A stretch of 64,000 bases of DNA, from IMG/VR virus record IMGVR_UViG_3300023108_000017; one strand, 5' to 3'. The position numbers and the translations under genes are program-made. The stretch is from an uncultured virus (IMG/VR IMGVR_UViG_3300023108_000017). Lineage: Duplodnaviria; Heunggongvirae; Uroviricota; Caudoviricetes. Position 1 is the stretch's first letter; the number at the start of each line of letters is the position of its first letter. Positions 7,621 to 17,147 of the stretch are shown here, piece by piece. Below the pieces are notes generated by a model. That model was not told the origin of the DNA, made no database searches, and was given only the letters and a program-made list of their open reading frames with translations.

Positions 7621-8541
7621 ATGTTTAATAAACCTAGAGATCTACTTAATGCTTACAAGGATGGTTTTGTAGGCTCATGGTGTGACCCCGAAGACACGGA
7701 CAAACTTCTTGGTGAGCTGCCGCACCCCTTGTTTGGTGTGGCAGCTTCTGATTTATACAGCAGCGGAAAAGGTAAAACGGCATTACTCTATAAGTCTGTC
7801 CAGAAATATGATCCCACGTTTGGCGGTCACGAACGACAGGTTACGGGGGATTGTGTCAGTCACTCTACACGCAACGCCGTAGACGTTACCAGAAGCCATG
7901 AAATTATTGGTGGGGATAGAGAAGATTTTGTTGCCAGAGGTGCTACAGAAGCTATTTATGGATCTAGAGGTCATGGCGGTCAAGGTATGTCATGCTCTGT
8001 TGCTGCTAGATTCGTCCACCAAAATGGCGGAATTTTAGTAAGAAAAGATTATGGTTTTGTAGATTTATCTAAATATGACGGAATGCTTGGCGCTGGTTGG
8101 GGAAGAAGAGGAGTGCCTTCTGAAGTTGTAAAAGAGGGTAAAAGGCATCAAGTTAAAACCATTAGTATGATTAAGTCTGTAGAAGAAGCTAGAGATGCCA
8201 TTGCCAATGGGTATGCTTTAAGTGTCTGTAGTAATTATGGATTTTCATCACGCAGGGATAAACATGGTATAGCCCGTAAATCTGGATCATGGAATCACGC
8301 AATGGCATGGACGGCGATGGACGATTCCCACGAAGTATATAACGAAACTTTATTCTTAATACAAAATAGCTGGGGAGTATTTAATGGTGGCCCAAAGCGT
8401 TTTGGACAGCCAGAAGGGTCTTTCTGGATTAGGGAAAGAGATGCCGCCGGTATGTTAAACCAAAATGGAGCGTGGGCATTTAGCGATGTTGACGGCTTTC
8501 CTCCACGAAAAGTAAAATGGACTATAGACGAGGTATTTTAA
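7621..8541 (+). CDS. papain-like (C1-family) cysteine peptidase
   Basis: QVTGDCVSH (oxyanion Q, catalytic C), WNHAM (H), IQNSWG (N) and GSFWI. Confidence 0.85.
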   Translation: MFNKPRDLLNAYKDGFVGSWCDPEDTDKLLGELPHPLFGVAASDLYSSGKGKTALLYKSVQKYDPTFGGHERQVTGDCVSHSTRNAVDVTRSHEIIGGDREDFVARGATEAIYGSRGHGGQGMSCSVAARFVHQNGGILVRKDYGFVDLSKYDGMLGAGWGRRGVPSEVVKEGKRHQVKTISMIKSVEEARDAIANGYALSVCSNYGFSSRRDKHGIARKSGSWNHAMAWTAMDDSHEVYNETLFLIQNSWGVFNGGPKRFGQPEGSFWIRERDAAGMLNQNGAWAFSDVDGFPPRKVKWTIDEVF

Positions 8542-11500
8542 TGTCTTCACAATATAAGCATATTCAGCTTAGGCGCGGCAAACAATCTGCATTCCATCAG
8601 TCCAACCCAGTATTAAAAGAAGGTGAACCGGCTTTTGCTGTAGATGTTGGTCAGCTAAAAATAGGAGACGGGAAAAAACCTTGGAGTGAATTGCCTTCAT
8701 TTCATAACAATGTTTTAAAATCAGTATCTGTAGACATTCCAGCAATACAAGCAAATACTTCGGAAACGGTAGCAATTACTGTTGCAGATATAGATGCTAG
8801 AAATACCTATGCCGTACTTGTCGTGCCAGACTCTATTTTACCAGACTATGTTACTATCAGATATGCTTATGTATCAAACGATAATGAAGTTTCTGTAGTT
8901 CTAACTAATGTTGATAACTCAGCAATTGACGGGAATGAAATAAACAATTATTCTCCAGCAACAAGTGATGTAAAGCTAAGCGTTGTAATATATTTTGTAA
9001 ACATTTTCTCAGAAACAGTTATTACAACAACAACCCCAGATCCCGTTGTTGATGATGTTCTTTCTTACGGATATAACGAGTTTGGTCAATTGTCCTTATC
9101 AGATAATTTAGATAAACTACAGCCAACTCTAGTATTTGATAATGGAAAAAAGTGGTCAACCTTTGAGCTTGGAAATTATCATACTCTAGCCTTAGATTAT
9201 GATAAAATTTTACATTCTTGCGGTTACAATTATTACGGGCAGTTAGGAATAGAATCTAATGGTGTTGGAACAAACATAAAAGATCTATCAGAAATACAAA
9301 ACACATACTTTAAAAACGGTGAAGTTTTTAGTTCTGGTTATCCGATTAAGCAAACTTGGTCAAGAATATCGGCTGGATCACATCACTCTTTAGCAATAGA
9401 TAGTAGCGGCAATTTATTTTCGTGTGGTGATGGATCTTATGGGGCTTTAGGTCTTGAAGATACAAACGCTAGAGATGCTTTTACAATTATTGGAAAAGAC
9501 GTTTACTTTGTAGATCTAAATAGACTAACAGAGAACGGAATTAACTCTGTAGATAACAGGTTCACATTAAATGATATTAATATCAACGCTAATTTTATAG
9601 CCAATAACGGAAAATACATTGTTAGCGGTATATCTCCTAGTAACGCAATTTCTTTAGTTCATAATTCCACCGCTGACATTATTGCATATTCTGGCGGCGT
9701 ATTAGAACAAACTATAAATAACCAAAGATACTATTCAGACTACCTTCTTATCGATGTTTCTGGAGATTATAACAAGGCAAGCTTAACATCTTTAAATGGT
9801 TCTTATTTAAATAACGGACAAGATATTCTTTATTACAAAAGCTTAAACGGTGGCTGGCAAGAAGTGTCTGCTGGTAATCACCACTCTTTAGGTATAAAAA
9901 ATAATGAGTTATACACTTGGGGCAATAATAGCTTTGGGCAACTTGGCGACGGCGATCACAGAGATGTTCACGTTCCACAAAAAATTACAGATAAAAATGA
10001 CTGGGTTCAAGTAAAAGCAGGCAACAGTCACTCGTTGGCTCTTGATAGTAATGGAGATATATACGCTTTTGGGAATAATCAATATGGACAGCTTGGTATT
10101 GGCAGTGTCAACCACGCTGATATTCCAACAAAAATAAACTTTGATTTTTCACAAATACAAGACGTTAATTTTACATATCTTCCTTCAGGTTCATACGTAG
10201 ACGTACAAGAATACAATCATAAACAGGTGTACGTTTTAGACTACACTCAGGGTAAGCAATATAATCCTCTGGAGCGCTTTGTGCTATCTAGCGGACAGTA
10301 CATAATTTACAATGTCCCACAATCAGATCCAATCGCTATTTTAAACAGAGGAAAAACAAATACTATTAAATACAATGGAGATATCAACGGTGGATGCTTG
10401 AATTTAGTTAACACAACTGCCGATGGAACTTATAATTTCTATTATGGAAACGTCTATATTGACGTTCTAGGAAATTTTGACAAGGTTAGTATATATTCAT
10501 ACAATCATGGATACATGGGAGGAAAAAATCTTCTATTTTACGAAAAACCAAATTATGTTATTGAAGATATATCAGCTGGAGCAAACCATAGCTTAATTAA
10601 AACGGATACAGATCAAGTTTTGAGTTTTGGTAGAAACCATAAAGGTCAGCTTGGTACTGGTGACAATTTGGACAGATCAGTTCCGTTTAGACTTAGTGAA
10701 AGTAATATTGAAAAAATATCTACTGGTGCAAACCATTCTCAACTTGTTGATAATCAACATTACATATGGTCGTTTGGAGACAACGACCGTGGACAATTAG
10801 GATTAGGAGATAGAGTTCCTAGAAATCTTCCTTCACAAATGCAGTCTCCAATACGATGGCAAAACACGTTCAATGGTGGAGATCATTCTTACTCAACAGT
10901 ATTAAGTTATTTTCCCAATGTTCCCACAAACTTAAATGTTGAAAATGCAAACACCAGTAATATTGTTGGTAATCGACAATTACTAGTATCATGGAGTCAT
11001 GAAACAGCTCTACAGGAAGCAGTTACTCATTACGTCATTGAATACTCTATTGATAACGGAGTAACTTGGTCCGTTTACAGTAACAATGCTTTGTCAAACA
11101 ATTTTAATAATCAGCAACCACAAGTATCAAATCTTTCATTCATCTTAGACGGGCTGAATAATTCAGAAAGTTATTTAGTGAGAATAGCTGGGGTCAATCG
11201 TGTTGGCAAGGGACAGTACACATCAACTTCTCAGCCTATTTCGCCAGAAGAAGCTACGGACGGATTATTTGATAGCGTGATTCTTTATTCACACTTCGAC
11301 AATAGTTTAGATGATTTATCGAATAACAGTTATCCTTATGACACAAGTTTCTTGACTAATATCGACAGTGAAGGAACAAGATATCTAGACGGAGCATTCT
11401 CAGAATGCTTAAGATTATATCGTTACGACTCAATGAGATATGATACTAGTTTCAATCTCGATGGAGAGTATACAATTGAATTTTTCTTTAATCCAAGAAA

Positions 11501-11939
11501 TAGATCTGAAGACATCAATGCTAATCCTTCTGGAAACCCAATCATTACGCTAAATGACAGCAACAGTAATCAATATCTTAATATTATGTATTACGGTAAC
11601 GATACAACTGGATATGATCTTAAGATATTTAAAACTGACGGAACAAATTTAATAAATATTCAAGATTACAACTTCAATGGTTTTGACCACATAGCACTAA
11701 CAAGAACAAGCGGAATTCCAGACAATCCATCGAGCGTGGAATTGCTACAACTTTACATAGATGGAAACGTTGTCGCAAGCGGAAGAGATAGTTCTAGTTA
11801 TGTAATAGATTCTGTGCTATTAGGATCTGGCCAATATTTCCACGACTTTGAAATTGACGAATTACGGCTCTCAAGCGGAATAAGGTATGACAATAATTTC
11901 ACACCAACAACCAAACCTTTCGGTATAGGATTATCATAA
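8541..11939 (+). CDS. tail fibre/adhesin: Mtd-like N-terminal anchor, 7 RCC1 repeats, FN3, LamG/concanavalin-like domain
   Basis: IQLRRG...NPVLKEGE...KIGDG; seven G-x-N-xx-GQLG-type repeats; YVIEYS...W...LDGLNN..SYLVRIAGVN..G.G (FN3); YTIEFF...HIAL...LYIDG...IDELRLS (LamG). Confidence 0.85.
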   Translation: MSSQYKHIQLRRGKQSAFHQSNPVLKEGEPAFAVDVGQLKIGDGKKPWSELPSFHNNVLKSVSVDIPAIQANTSETVAITVADIDARNTYAVLVVPDSILPDYVTIRYAYVSNDNEVSVVLTNVDNSAIDGNEINNYSPATSDVKLSVVIYFVNIFSETVITTTTPDPVVDDVLSYGYNEFGQLSLSDNLDKLQPTLVFDNGKKWSTFELGNYHTLALDYDKILHSCGYNYYGQLGIESNGVGTNIKDLSEIQNTYFKNGEVFSSGYPIKQTWSRISAGSHHSLAIDSSGNLFSCGDGSYGALGLEDTNARDAFTIIGKDVYFVDLNRLTENGINSVDNRFTLNDININANFIANNGKYIVSGISPSNAISLVHNSTADIIAYSGGVLEQTINNQRYYSDYLLIDVSGDYNKASLTSLNGSYLNNGQDILYYKSLNGGWQEVSAGNHHSLGIKNNELYTWGNNSFGQLGDGDHRDVHVPQKITDKNDWVQVKAGNSHSLALDSNGDIYAFGNNQYGQLGIGSVNHADIPTKINFDFSQIQDVNFTYLPSGSYVDVQEYNHKQVYVLDYTQGKQYNPLERFVLSSGQYIIYNVPQSDPIAILNRGKTNTIKYNGDINGGCLNLVNTTADGTYNFYYGNVYIDVLGNFDKVSIYSYNHGYMGGKNLLFYEKPNYVIEDISAGANHSLIKTDTDQVLSFGRNHKGQLGTGDNLDRSVPFRLSESNIEKISTGANHSQLVDNQHYIWSFGDNDRGQLGLGDRVPRNLPSQMQSPIRWQNTFNGGDHSYSTVLSYFPNVPTNLNVENANTSNIVGNRQLLVSWSHETALQEAVTHYVIEYSIDNGVTWSVYSNNALSNNFNNQQPQVSNLSFILDGLNNSESYLVRIAGVNRVGKGQYTSTSQPISPEEATDGLFDSVILYSHFDNSLDDLSNNSYPYDTSFLTNIDSEGTRYLDGAFSECLRLYRYDSMRYDTSFNLDGEYTIEFFFNPRNRSEDINANPSGNPIITLNDSNSNQYLNIMYYGNDTTGYDLKIFKTDGTNLINIQDYNFNGFDHIALTRTSGIPDNPSSVELLQLYIDGNVVASGRDSSSYVIDSVLLGSGQYFHDFEIDELRLSSGIRYDNNFTPTTKPFGIGLS

Positions 11940-12997
11940 TGGCAGAAAACAAAAACACAACAACAATACAGTTCAAAAGAGGAACTGCCGCCGAGTTGGC
12001 TAGTTATGTTCCGAGTTCTGGAGAGCCAGTTTTCGCTACAGACTTAAAACTTTTAAAAGTCGGTGACGGACAACAATCTTTTGAGGATATCTCATCACCA
12101 CCCAGCGAAGCCTCTGTTTATTACGTTCACAACAATACCGGAAATACAATTTATAAAGGTCAAGCAACATACACTAACGGTGTAACCGCTGGTGGAAAAA
12201 TTATTACTATTGATAGATATATAGCTGATGGTACAATCGAATCAATAAGATTTTTAGGTTTAGCAAAAGAAGATATTGCTCACGGTAGCGATGGAGAAAT
12301 TGTACACTTCGGACATGTTACACATGTGAACACCACTTCTAATGGGGTAAACATTAACGCAACTGGATCTGATTTTCAGCAGGGAGATATTTTATACGCA
12401 AGCCCAACGGTTGCAGGCACTCTTACTACCACAAAACCAACACAGGGAGCAATTTCTGTAGCTTTTGTTTTAGATGCTGGTACTAATGGAGAATTATTTG
12501 TAAGACCCTCCATAGAAGAAGACGATTATTCCGTTGACGAAGTTACAGTTAGTTCTACCCCGCTGAGTAACTGGAATGTAGGTGGATCTTCTGCTAATTT
12601 TGTTAAAGTTACCCCAACGACAGGAACTAATATAACTGGTATAGATAAAAACTACAAACACAAAAGATTCACTATTTTAAATGACTCGTCAAGCTATAAT
12701 ATTACTTTAACTCCTCAAGCTGTTGGAAGTTCGGCTGGAAATAAACTTAGATTTTCTGAAGGGGTTGGAAGTATACTTTACCCAAAAGAAAAAGCAGACT
12801 TCATATATGACAACATAGACGAAGAATGGCTTGTGGTTAAACACGGAATTAGCTCTAATACTAAGCCAATAACTAATGCTTATGGGTCAGCAGTTGTGAG
12901 TGGTGTATATAATGCTGTAATTGTAAGTAGCGGTACATATAATCACTTACAACAAAACAACATAACAGATCCAAACACAATATATTTCGTTCCATAA
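11939..12997 (+). CDS. tail fibre protein with Mtd-like N-terminal anchor
   Basis: IQFKRGTAAE...GEPVFATD...KVGDG; C-terminal DPNTIYFV motif. Confidence 0.75.
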   Translation: MAENKNTTTIQFKRGTAAELASYVPSSGEPVFATDLKLLKVGDGQQSFEDISSPPSEASVYYVHNNTGNTIYKGQATYTNGVTAGGKIITIDRYIADGTIESIRFLGLAKEDIAHGSDGEIVHFGHVTHVNTTSNGVNINATGSDFQQGDILYASPTVAGTLTTTKPTQGAISVAFVLDAGTNGELFVRPSIEEDDYSVDEVTVSSTPLSNWNVGGSSANFVKVTPTTGTNITGIDKNYKHKRFTILNDSSSYNITLTPQAVGSSAGNKLRFSEGVGSILYPKEKADFIYDNIDEEWLVVKHGISSNTKPITNAYGSAVVSGVYNAVIVSSGTYNHLQQNNITDPNTIYFVP

Positions 12998-13007
12998 GAG
13001 GTAAACA

Positions 13008-13112
13008 ATGCCACCAATTTACCTTGGAGATAAAGCTGTAACAGTATATAAAGGTGATACAGTAGCTAGCAATGTTTCCATAGGAACAGTAATCGTACAA
13101 GCGTACACATAG
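13008..13112 (+). CDS. 34-aa fibre-associated micro-protein (absent from ORF track)
   Basis: GAGGT RBS, ATG 13008, TAG 13110-13112; MPPIYLGDKAVTVYKGDTVASNVSIGTVIVQAYT. Confidence 0.7.
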   Translation: MPPIYLGDKAVTVYKGDTVASNVSIGTVIVQAYT

Positions 13113-13134
13113 TCAAAAACATAAGGGGTTTAAC

Positions 13135-13902
13135 ATGCCAGATTATAGCAAAACGAGAATCCAATTTAGAAAAGGAACTGCTGCCGAATGGGGCGCTGCC
13201 GCACCCGTAGTATTGGCTAGTGGAGAACCGGGATTTGTAACAGACACCAACACGCTTAAAATCGGTGATGGATCTACTGTTTTTTCTTCACTAAGCGCAA
13301 TTACTGGTGGTGGTGGTGGTGGTGGATCTGAAGTAAATGATTTAACATCGATTGTAACATGGACCAATGTGCCAGATGCTAACATTACCGAAAGTTCGGT
13401 TGTTCAACATTCTGGAGCTTTACAAGTCACCGAATCGCAAGTAGTAGACTTGGGGGCATATATCACAACAGAAACAGACCCTGTTTTTACCGCACATACT
13501 GTTAGTAGCATTACGGATGGGACCGGCTTGTTACAAAATGATGGAGCGGGCAATTGGAGTTACGATAACTCGACATATTTAACCTCAGTGACAAACATAG
13601 ATACAACTAATTTTAATGCAACAGCAATCGTTACAGAGACTGAAGGTATTAGTAGCAACGATAATGATACTACTCTACCTACATCGGCGGCTGTAAAAGA
13701 TTATGTAGATAATAACGCTGGCACTACCTATACGGCTGGCGATGGATTGACTCTTACCGGCACAGAATTTAGTGCAGATTTATTAAGCGACACTTCTGCC
13801 GTTGCTAATTCTGTTCAAATTACAAATATTGTAGCTATTAGTCAGGCTAATTATAATAGTTTGGGTAGTTACGACGCTAATACTCTATATTACATAACAT
13901 AG
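13135..13902 (+). CDS. tail fibre protein with Mtd-like N-terminal anchor
   Basis: IQFRKGTAAEW...GEPGFVTDT..LKIGDG; LPTSAAVKDYVD; YTAGDGLTL; C-terminal YDANTLYYI. Confidence 0.78.
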   Translation: MPDYSKTRIQFRKGTAAEWGAAAPVVLASGEPGFVTDTNTLKIGDGSTVFSSLSAITGGGGGGGSEVNDLTSIVTWTNVPDANITESSVVQHSGALQVTESQVVDLGAYITTETDPVFTAHTVSSITDGTGLLQNDGAGNWSYDNSTYLTSVTNIDTTNFNATAIVTETEGISSNDNDTTLPTSAAVKDYVDNNAGTTYTAGDGLTLTGTEFSADLLSDTSAVANSVQITNIVAISQANYNSLGSYDANTLYYIT

Positions 13903-13909
13903 GTTTAAC

Positions 13910-15520
13910 ATGAAATTTGGATCTACAGATATTTCACAACACTATGTTGGTTCATCGCTCGTTCCACGTATTTATAACTGTGAAGATACTAATTATGTAC
14001 GAAGCGAAACTGCCTTTGATGCAGATGTTTTAATTGTTGGTGGTGGTGGCGGTGGTGGTACGGCTCTTGGAGGGGGAGGTGGTGGTGCTGGTGGATATAG
14101 AGAGTTCACAAAGAAGTACTATACTGGAACAAGTTACACTGTAACTGTTGGTGCTGGTGGATCAGCTAATTCTGTGGGGAGCGATTCTTCAATAGAAAGA
14201 ATTGGTTCAGGTGGTGGTGCTGGTGGTGTAACAACTGGTGGCAATGGCGGTTCTGGCGGTGGAGGAAATGGCTTTCTGTCTAATGCTGGTGGATCGTCCA
14301 CATCGCCAAGATGCAACGGTTCTGCACAAGGTAATGATGGAAGCGGAGGGAACGGCGTATTTGCCCAAGGTGGTGGAGGAGGTGGAGCTAATGCAGCTGG
14401 TTCTGGCGCTGGTAATGGAGGTAACGGAACAGCGAGTTCAATCACCGGATCTAGTGTGACAAGAGCAGGCGGCGGTGGTGGTGGAGATACTAGTGGTGGT
14501 GGGGGTAGCACTGCTACTCCCGGTTCTGGAGGTTCTGGTGGAGGTGGTGACGGTGGATCTGGTAATCAAACAAATGATTCTGCCGCTGCTGCTGGAGATA
14601 ATGGTACAGCCAATACTGGTGGTGGGGGCGGTGGAGGAGCATACTATCACGACTCTTCTACTGGATGGAATCTAGGTGGCACTGGTGGTAACGGAGGTTC
14701 TGGATTTGTTTGTATTAAGTTCCCAGACACCATTACAATAACAATTGGCGGCGGCTTAACATACACATCATCCACAAGCGGCGGCTATACTACTGTTCAG
14801 TTTACTGCTGGTACTGATACTATTGAATTTTTCTGGAATCCAAAAACATATAGCGGTTTAGAGCTTTGGCTAGACTCTAACGATAGTGAAACTATCACAT
14901 TAAACGGTGGAACTGTAAGTCAGTGGGATGATAAGTCTGGGAATGATTATCACGTATCCCAAGGTACAGCTAGTAACCAACCCGCACTAACTTCTAATGT
15001 ATTAAATGGTAGGGATGTTTTGAGATTTGATGGGGGCGATTGGCTTGAGAATTTGGTCGCTACACCCGTTGGCGGTTCAACTAATAGAACTATTTTTATC
15101 GTGGCTAACTATACTGGAAGTAGTATAGATTATCTACTGTATCTTGGCACAGCATCAAACTCCCCTTCAAATGGTAGTGTTTTTGGAGTTAGTCAAGAAA
15201 CAGCAGTCAGAGTGTCTAATGGCAATAGAATATTTAATGATAGTGTTTCATCTAGTCATAGTATTTTATCATTAATTCTAGACGGGACAACTACTTCGGA
15301 TTTATCAGCATGGAAAAACGCAACATCATTAGGTGTGAGTTCAACAAATAATCAAACAATTAATACTAGTTCTCGTTTTTATGTTGGCGGTCCAACATCC
15401 ACTGTTGGAGGTTTATTAGAAGGAGATATTGCAGAAGTAATTATATATAACTCGGCATTATCAACCGCTCAAAGACAGCAAGTAGAAAGCTATCTAAGCA
15501 ATAAATGGGGTATAACATGA
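13910..15520 (+). CDS. glycine-rich fibre protein with C-terminal lectin/LamG-like domain
   Basis: VLIVGGGGGGG...GGGAGG, YTVTVGAGG, GTANTGGGGGG, GGSGFV; then LELWLDS...QWDDKSGN...GDIAEVIIYNSALS...YLSNKWG. Confidence 0.8.
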   Translation: MKFGSTDISQHYVGSSLVPRIYNCEDTNYVRSETAFDADVLIVGGGGGGGTALGGGGGGAGGYREFTKKYYTGTSYTVTVGAGGSANSVGSDSSIERIGSGGGAGGVTTGGNGGSGGGGNGFLSNAGGSSTSPRCNGSAQGNDGSGGNGVFAQGGGGGGANAAGSGAGNGGNGTASSITGSSVTRAGGGGGGDTSGGGGSTATPGSGGSGGGGDGGSGNQTNDSAAAAGDNGTANTGGGGGGGAYYHDSSTGWNLGGTGGNGGSGFVCIKFPDTITITIGGGLTYTSSTSGGYTTVQFTAGTDTIEFFWNPKTYSGLELWLDSNDSETITLNGGTVSQWDDKSGNDYHVSQGTASNQPALTSNVLNGRDVLRFDGGDWLENLVATPVGGSTNRTIFIVANYTGSSIDYLLYLGTASNSPSNGSVFGVSQETAVRVSNGNRIFNDSVSSSHSILSLILDGTTTSDLSAWKNATSLGVSSTNNQTINTSSRFYVGGPTSTVGGLLEGDIAEVIIYNSALSTAQRQQVESYLSNKWGIT

Positions 15521-15852
15521 TCTATTATGTATTTGATACAGAAAATGAAGCGATAGCTGCTGAAAACTTAATTGTTAACAATATTAAGTCATGGGTTGAA
15601 ACATACACCCCTTCGGTTATTAATGATTCTGGAGACGCTATTGTTGGAAGAAGACCTCAAACTGGAGAAGTGGCTTCAGGACAAACATCTAGGTGGGCAA
15701 TCCCAAAAGAAAGATTAGATGGTAAATGGGTATTTGAAAAGCCAACCGCTATTCATCTTGGCCCAATACCGTTATCAACTGTTATTAGCGGAGTGACCGC
15801 TGTAGAGCAAGCTTATGAAGATTCTTGGTTCCCAGAGCCAGAGGTGATATAG
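15517..15852 (+). CDS. hypothetical protein (possible fibre assembly factor)
   Basis: ATGA overlap with the upstream stop; RWAIPKERLDGKWVF motif. Confidence 0.6.
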   Translation: MIYYVFDTENEAIAAENLIVNNIKSWVETYTPSVINDSGDAIVGRRPQTGEVASGQTSRWAIPKERLDGKWVFEKPTAIHLGPIPLSTVISGVTAVEQAYEDSWFPEPEVI

Positions 15853-16233
15853 ATGCCATATTATGCAATATTAGACGAAAACAACATAGTAACCACAGTT
15901 ATTGCTGGTAAGGATGAAAATAGCACAAATTGGGAGGCGTACTATAGTTCTCTGCTTGGTAAAACTTGCAAGAGAACATCGTATAATACAAGGGCTGGCG
16001 TTCACGCAGAAGGTGACACTCCCTTTAGAAAAAACTATGCTGGAATAGGTTACTCATACGATGAAACTAGAGATGCCTTTATTCCACCAAAACCATACAA
16101 CAGCTGGGTTCTTGTAGAAGATTCATGCACTTGGGAAGCTCCAATAGCACAACCAAACGATGGAAATGCTTACATTTGGAATGAAAACACAACAAACTGG
16201 GAAATTTTCGAAATACCTAATAACGGAGAATAA
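15853..16233 (+). CDS. conserved phage protein typically adjacent to Gly-rich fibres (possible chaperone)
   Basis: YAILDENNIV...RTSYNT...RKNYAGIGYSYDETRDAFIPPKPYNSW...WEAP pattern recognised from aquatic phages. Confidence 0.7.
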   Translation: MPYYAILDENNIVTTVIAGKDENSTNWEAYYSSLLGKTCKRTSYNTRAGVHAEGDTPFRKNYAGIGYSYDETRDAFIPPKPYNSWVLVEDSCTWEAPIAQPNDGNAYIWNENTTNWEIFEIPNNGE

Positions 16234-16235
16234 AC

Positions 16236-16478
16236 ATGGCCATTGTATCAACAACAGACGTAGTTCAAAATATAGATTCAACTAGAGAAGTAGCACGTAA
16301 CGCAAGCGTGGTGTGTAGCTGCTTTCCAACTGGAGAATCATTTACTGTCGATACCAATACAGACAGTAATTTTGTCAACTTCGACACAAGTTTAACATAC
16401 ACGGCAGTCGAATCCTTGTATACTTCAAGATTTGATGATATCGCATATTACAATGCGGTTAACGGAGGTACTCCATGA
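16236..16478 (+). CDS. hypothetical protein
   Basis: GGAG RBS; ORF track. Confidence 0.7.
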   Translation: MAIVSTTDVVQNIDSTREVARNASVVCSCFPTGESFTVDTNTDSNFVNFDTSLTYTAVESLYTSRFDDIAYYNAVNGGTP

Positions 16479-16879
16479 AAAAATTTCTTGATTATGTTAT
16501 AGTATCTTTAGTTTCAGTCATACTGACCCTCTCGCTAGCCCCAAGCATTCCCAAAGTAATAGACGGGGGAAGTCCTTGGTCTAGCGGGTTTAATAATGGT
16601 TATAGTTGCAACACCAGTGAAATAGCCAAGATGTATGAGGGTTACGTTAATGAATGGAAAAAAGATATTTCAAAGTCATTTGACGAAGCCGAGACAATAG
16701 TTTTCAATGTAACTCCTACTCCAGACATTATTGGGCCTCATGAAGACCCTAAAAAATGTATCTGTAAAGGTAGCGGAGTAATTGTACAAGGAGATGGACA
16801 TAAAACAGTTTGTCCATACCACGGATCTAAATTTGGCAAAGACGTTATTATTAAACCATTACAGACATTGGAGGAATAA
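16475..16879 (+). CDS. exported/membrane protein with Zn-finger-like motif
   Basis: N-terminal hydrophobic signal; CICKGSG...GDGHKTVCPYH. Confidence 0.65.
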   Translation: MKKFLDYVIVSLVSVILTLSLAPSIPKVIDGGSPWSSGFNNGYSCNTSEIAKMYEGYVNEWKKDISKSFDEAETIVFNVTPTPDIIGPHEDPKKCICKGSGVIVQGDGHKTVCPYHGSKFGKDVIIKPLQTLEE

Positions 16880-17146
16880 ATGGAACCAGAAATGATGTTT
16901 AGAATTGCGGCAATTTTAGTCGCTTCCTTTTTATTACTATCAGGAGCAAATTATCAACCCATGCTTAATTGGGCCAAAAGTTTATTCAAGAAAAAGAATG
17001 TAGTAATCCCATCTAATTCAGGCGTAAATTTCTTAGACGTTGTTAGCTCTTGGCACACAGTCAAAGAACAGTGCGTTGAATTAGGGCTACATGAAGCTGC
17101 TGAAAAATTAGATGAGGTATTTCCTCTTTTAAATTCGGAGGACTAA
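16880..17146 (+). CDS. small membrane protein
   Basis: GGAGG RBS; N-terminal TM helix. Confidence 0.7.
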   Translation: MEPEMMFRIAAILVASFLLLSGANYQPMLNWAKSLFKKKNVVIPSNSGVNFLDVVSSWHTVKEQCVELGLHEAAEKLDEVFPLLNSED

Positions 17147-17147
17147 T

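Noticed and set aside
14030..14710. GGT/GGC-rich tandem repeats and the antisense Pro-rich ORF 14134..14511
   Set aside because: Explained by Gly codons of the fibre gene; the antisense ORF is a shadow.
8541..16233. Diversity-generating retroelement suggested by the Mtd-like domains
   Set aside because: Only the N-terminal anchor is Mtd-like. No reverse transcriptase and no adenine-variable TR/VR repeat pair were seen in the window.
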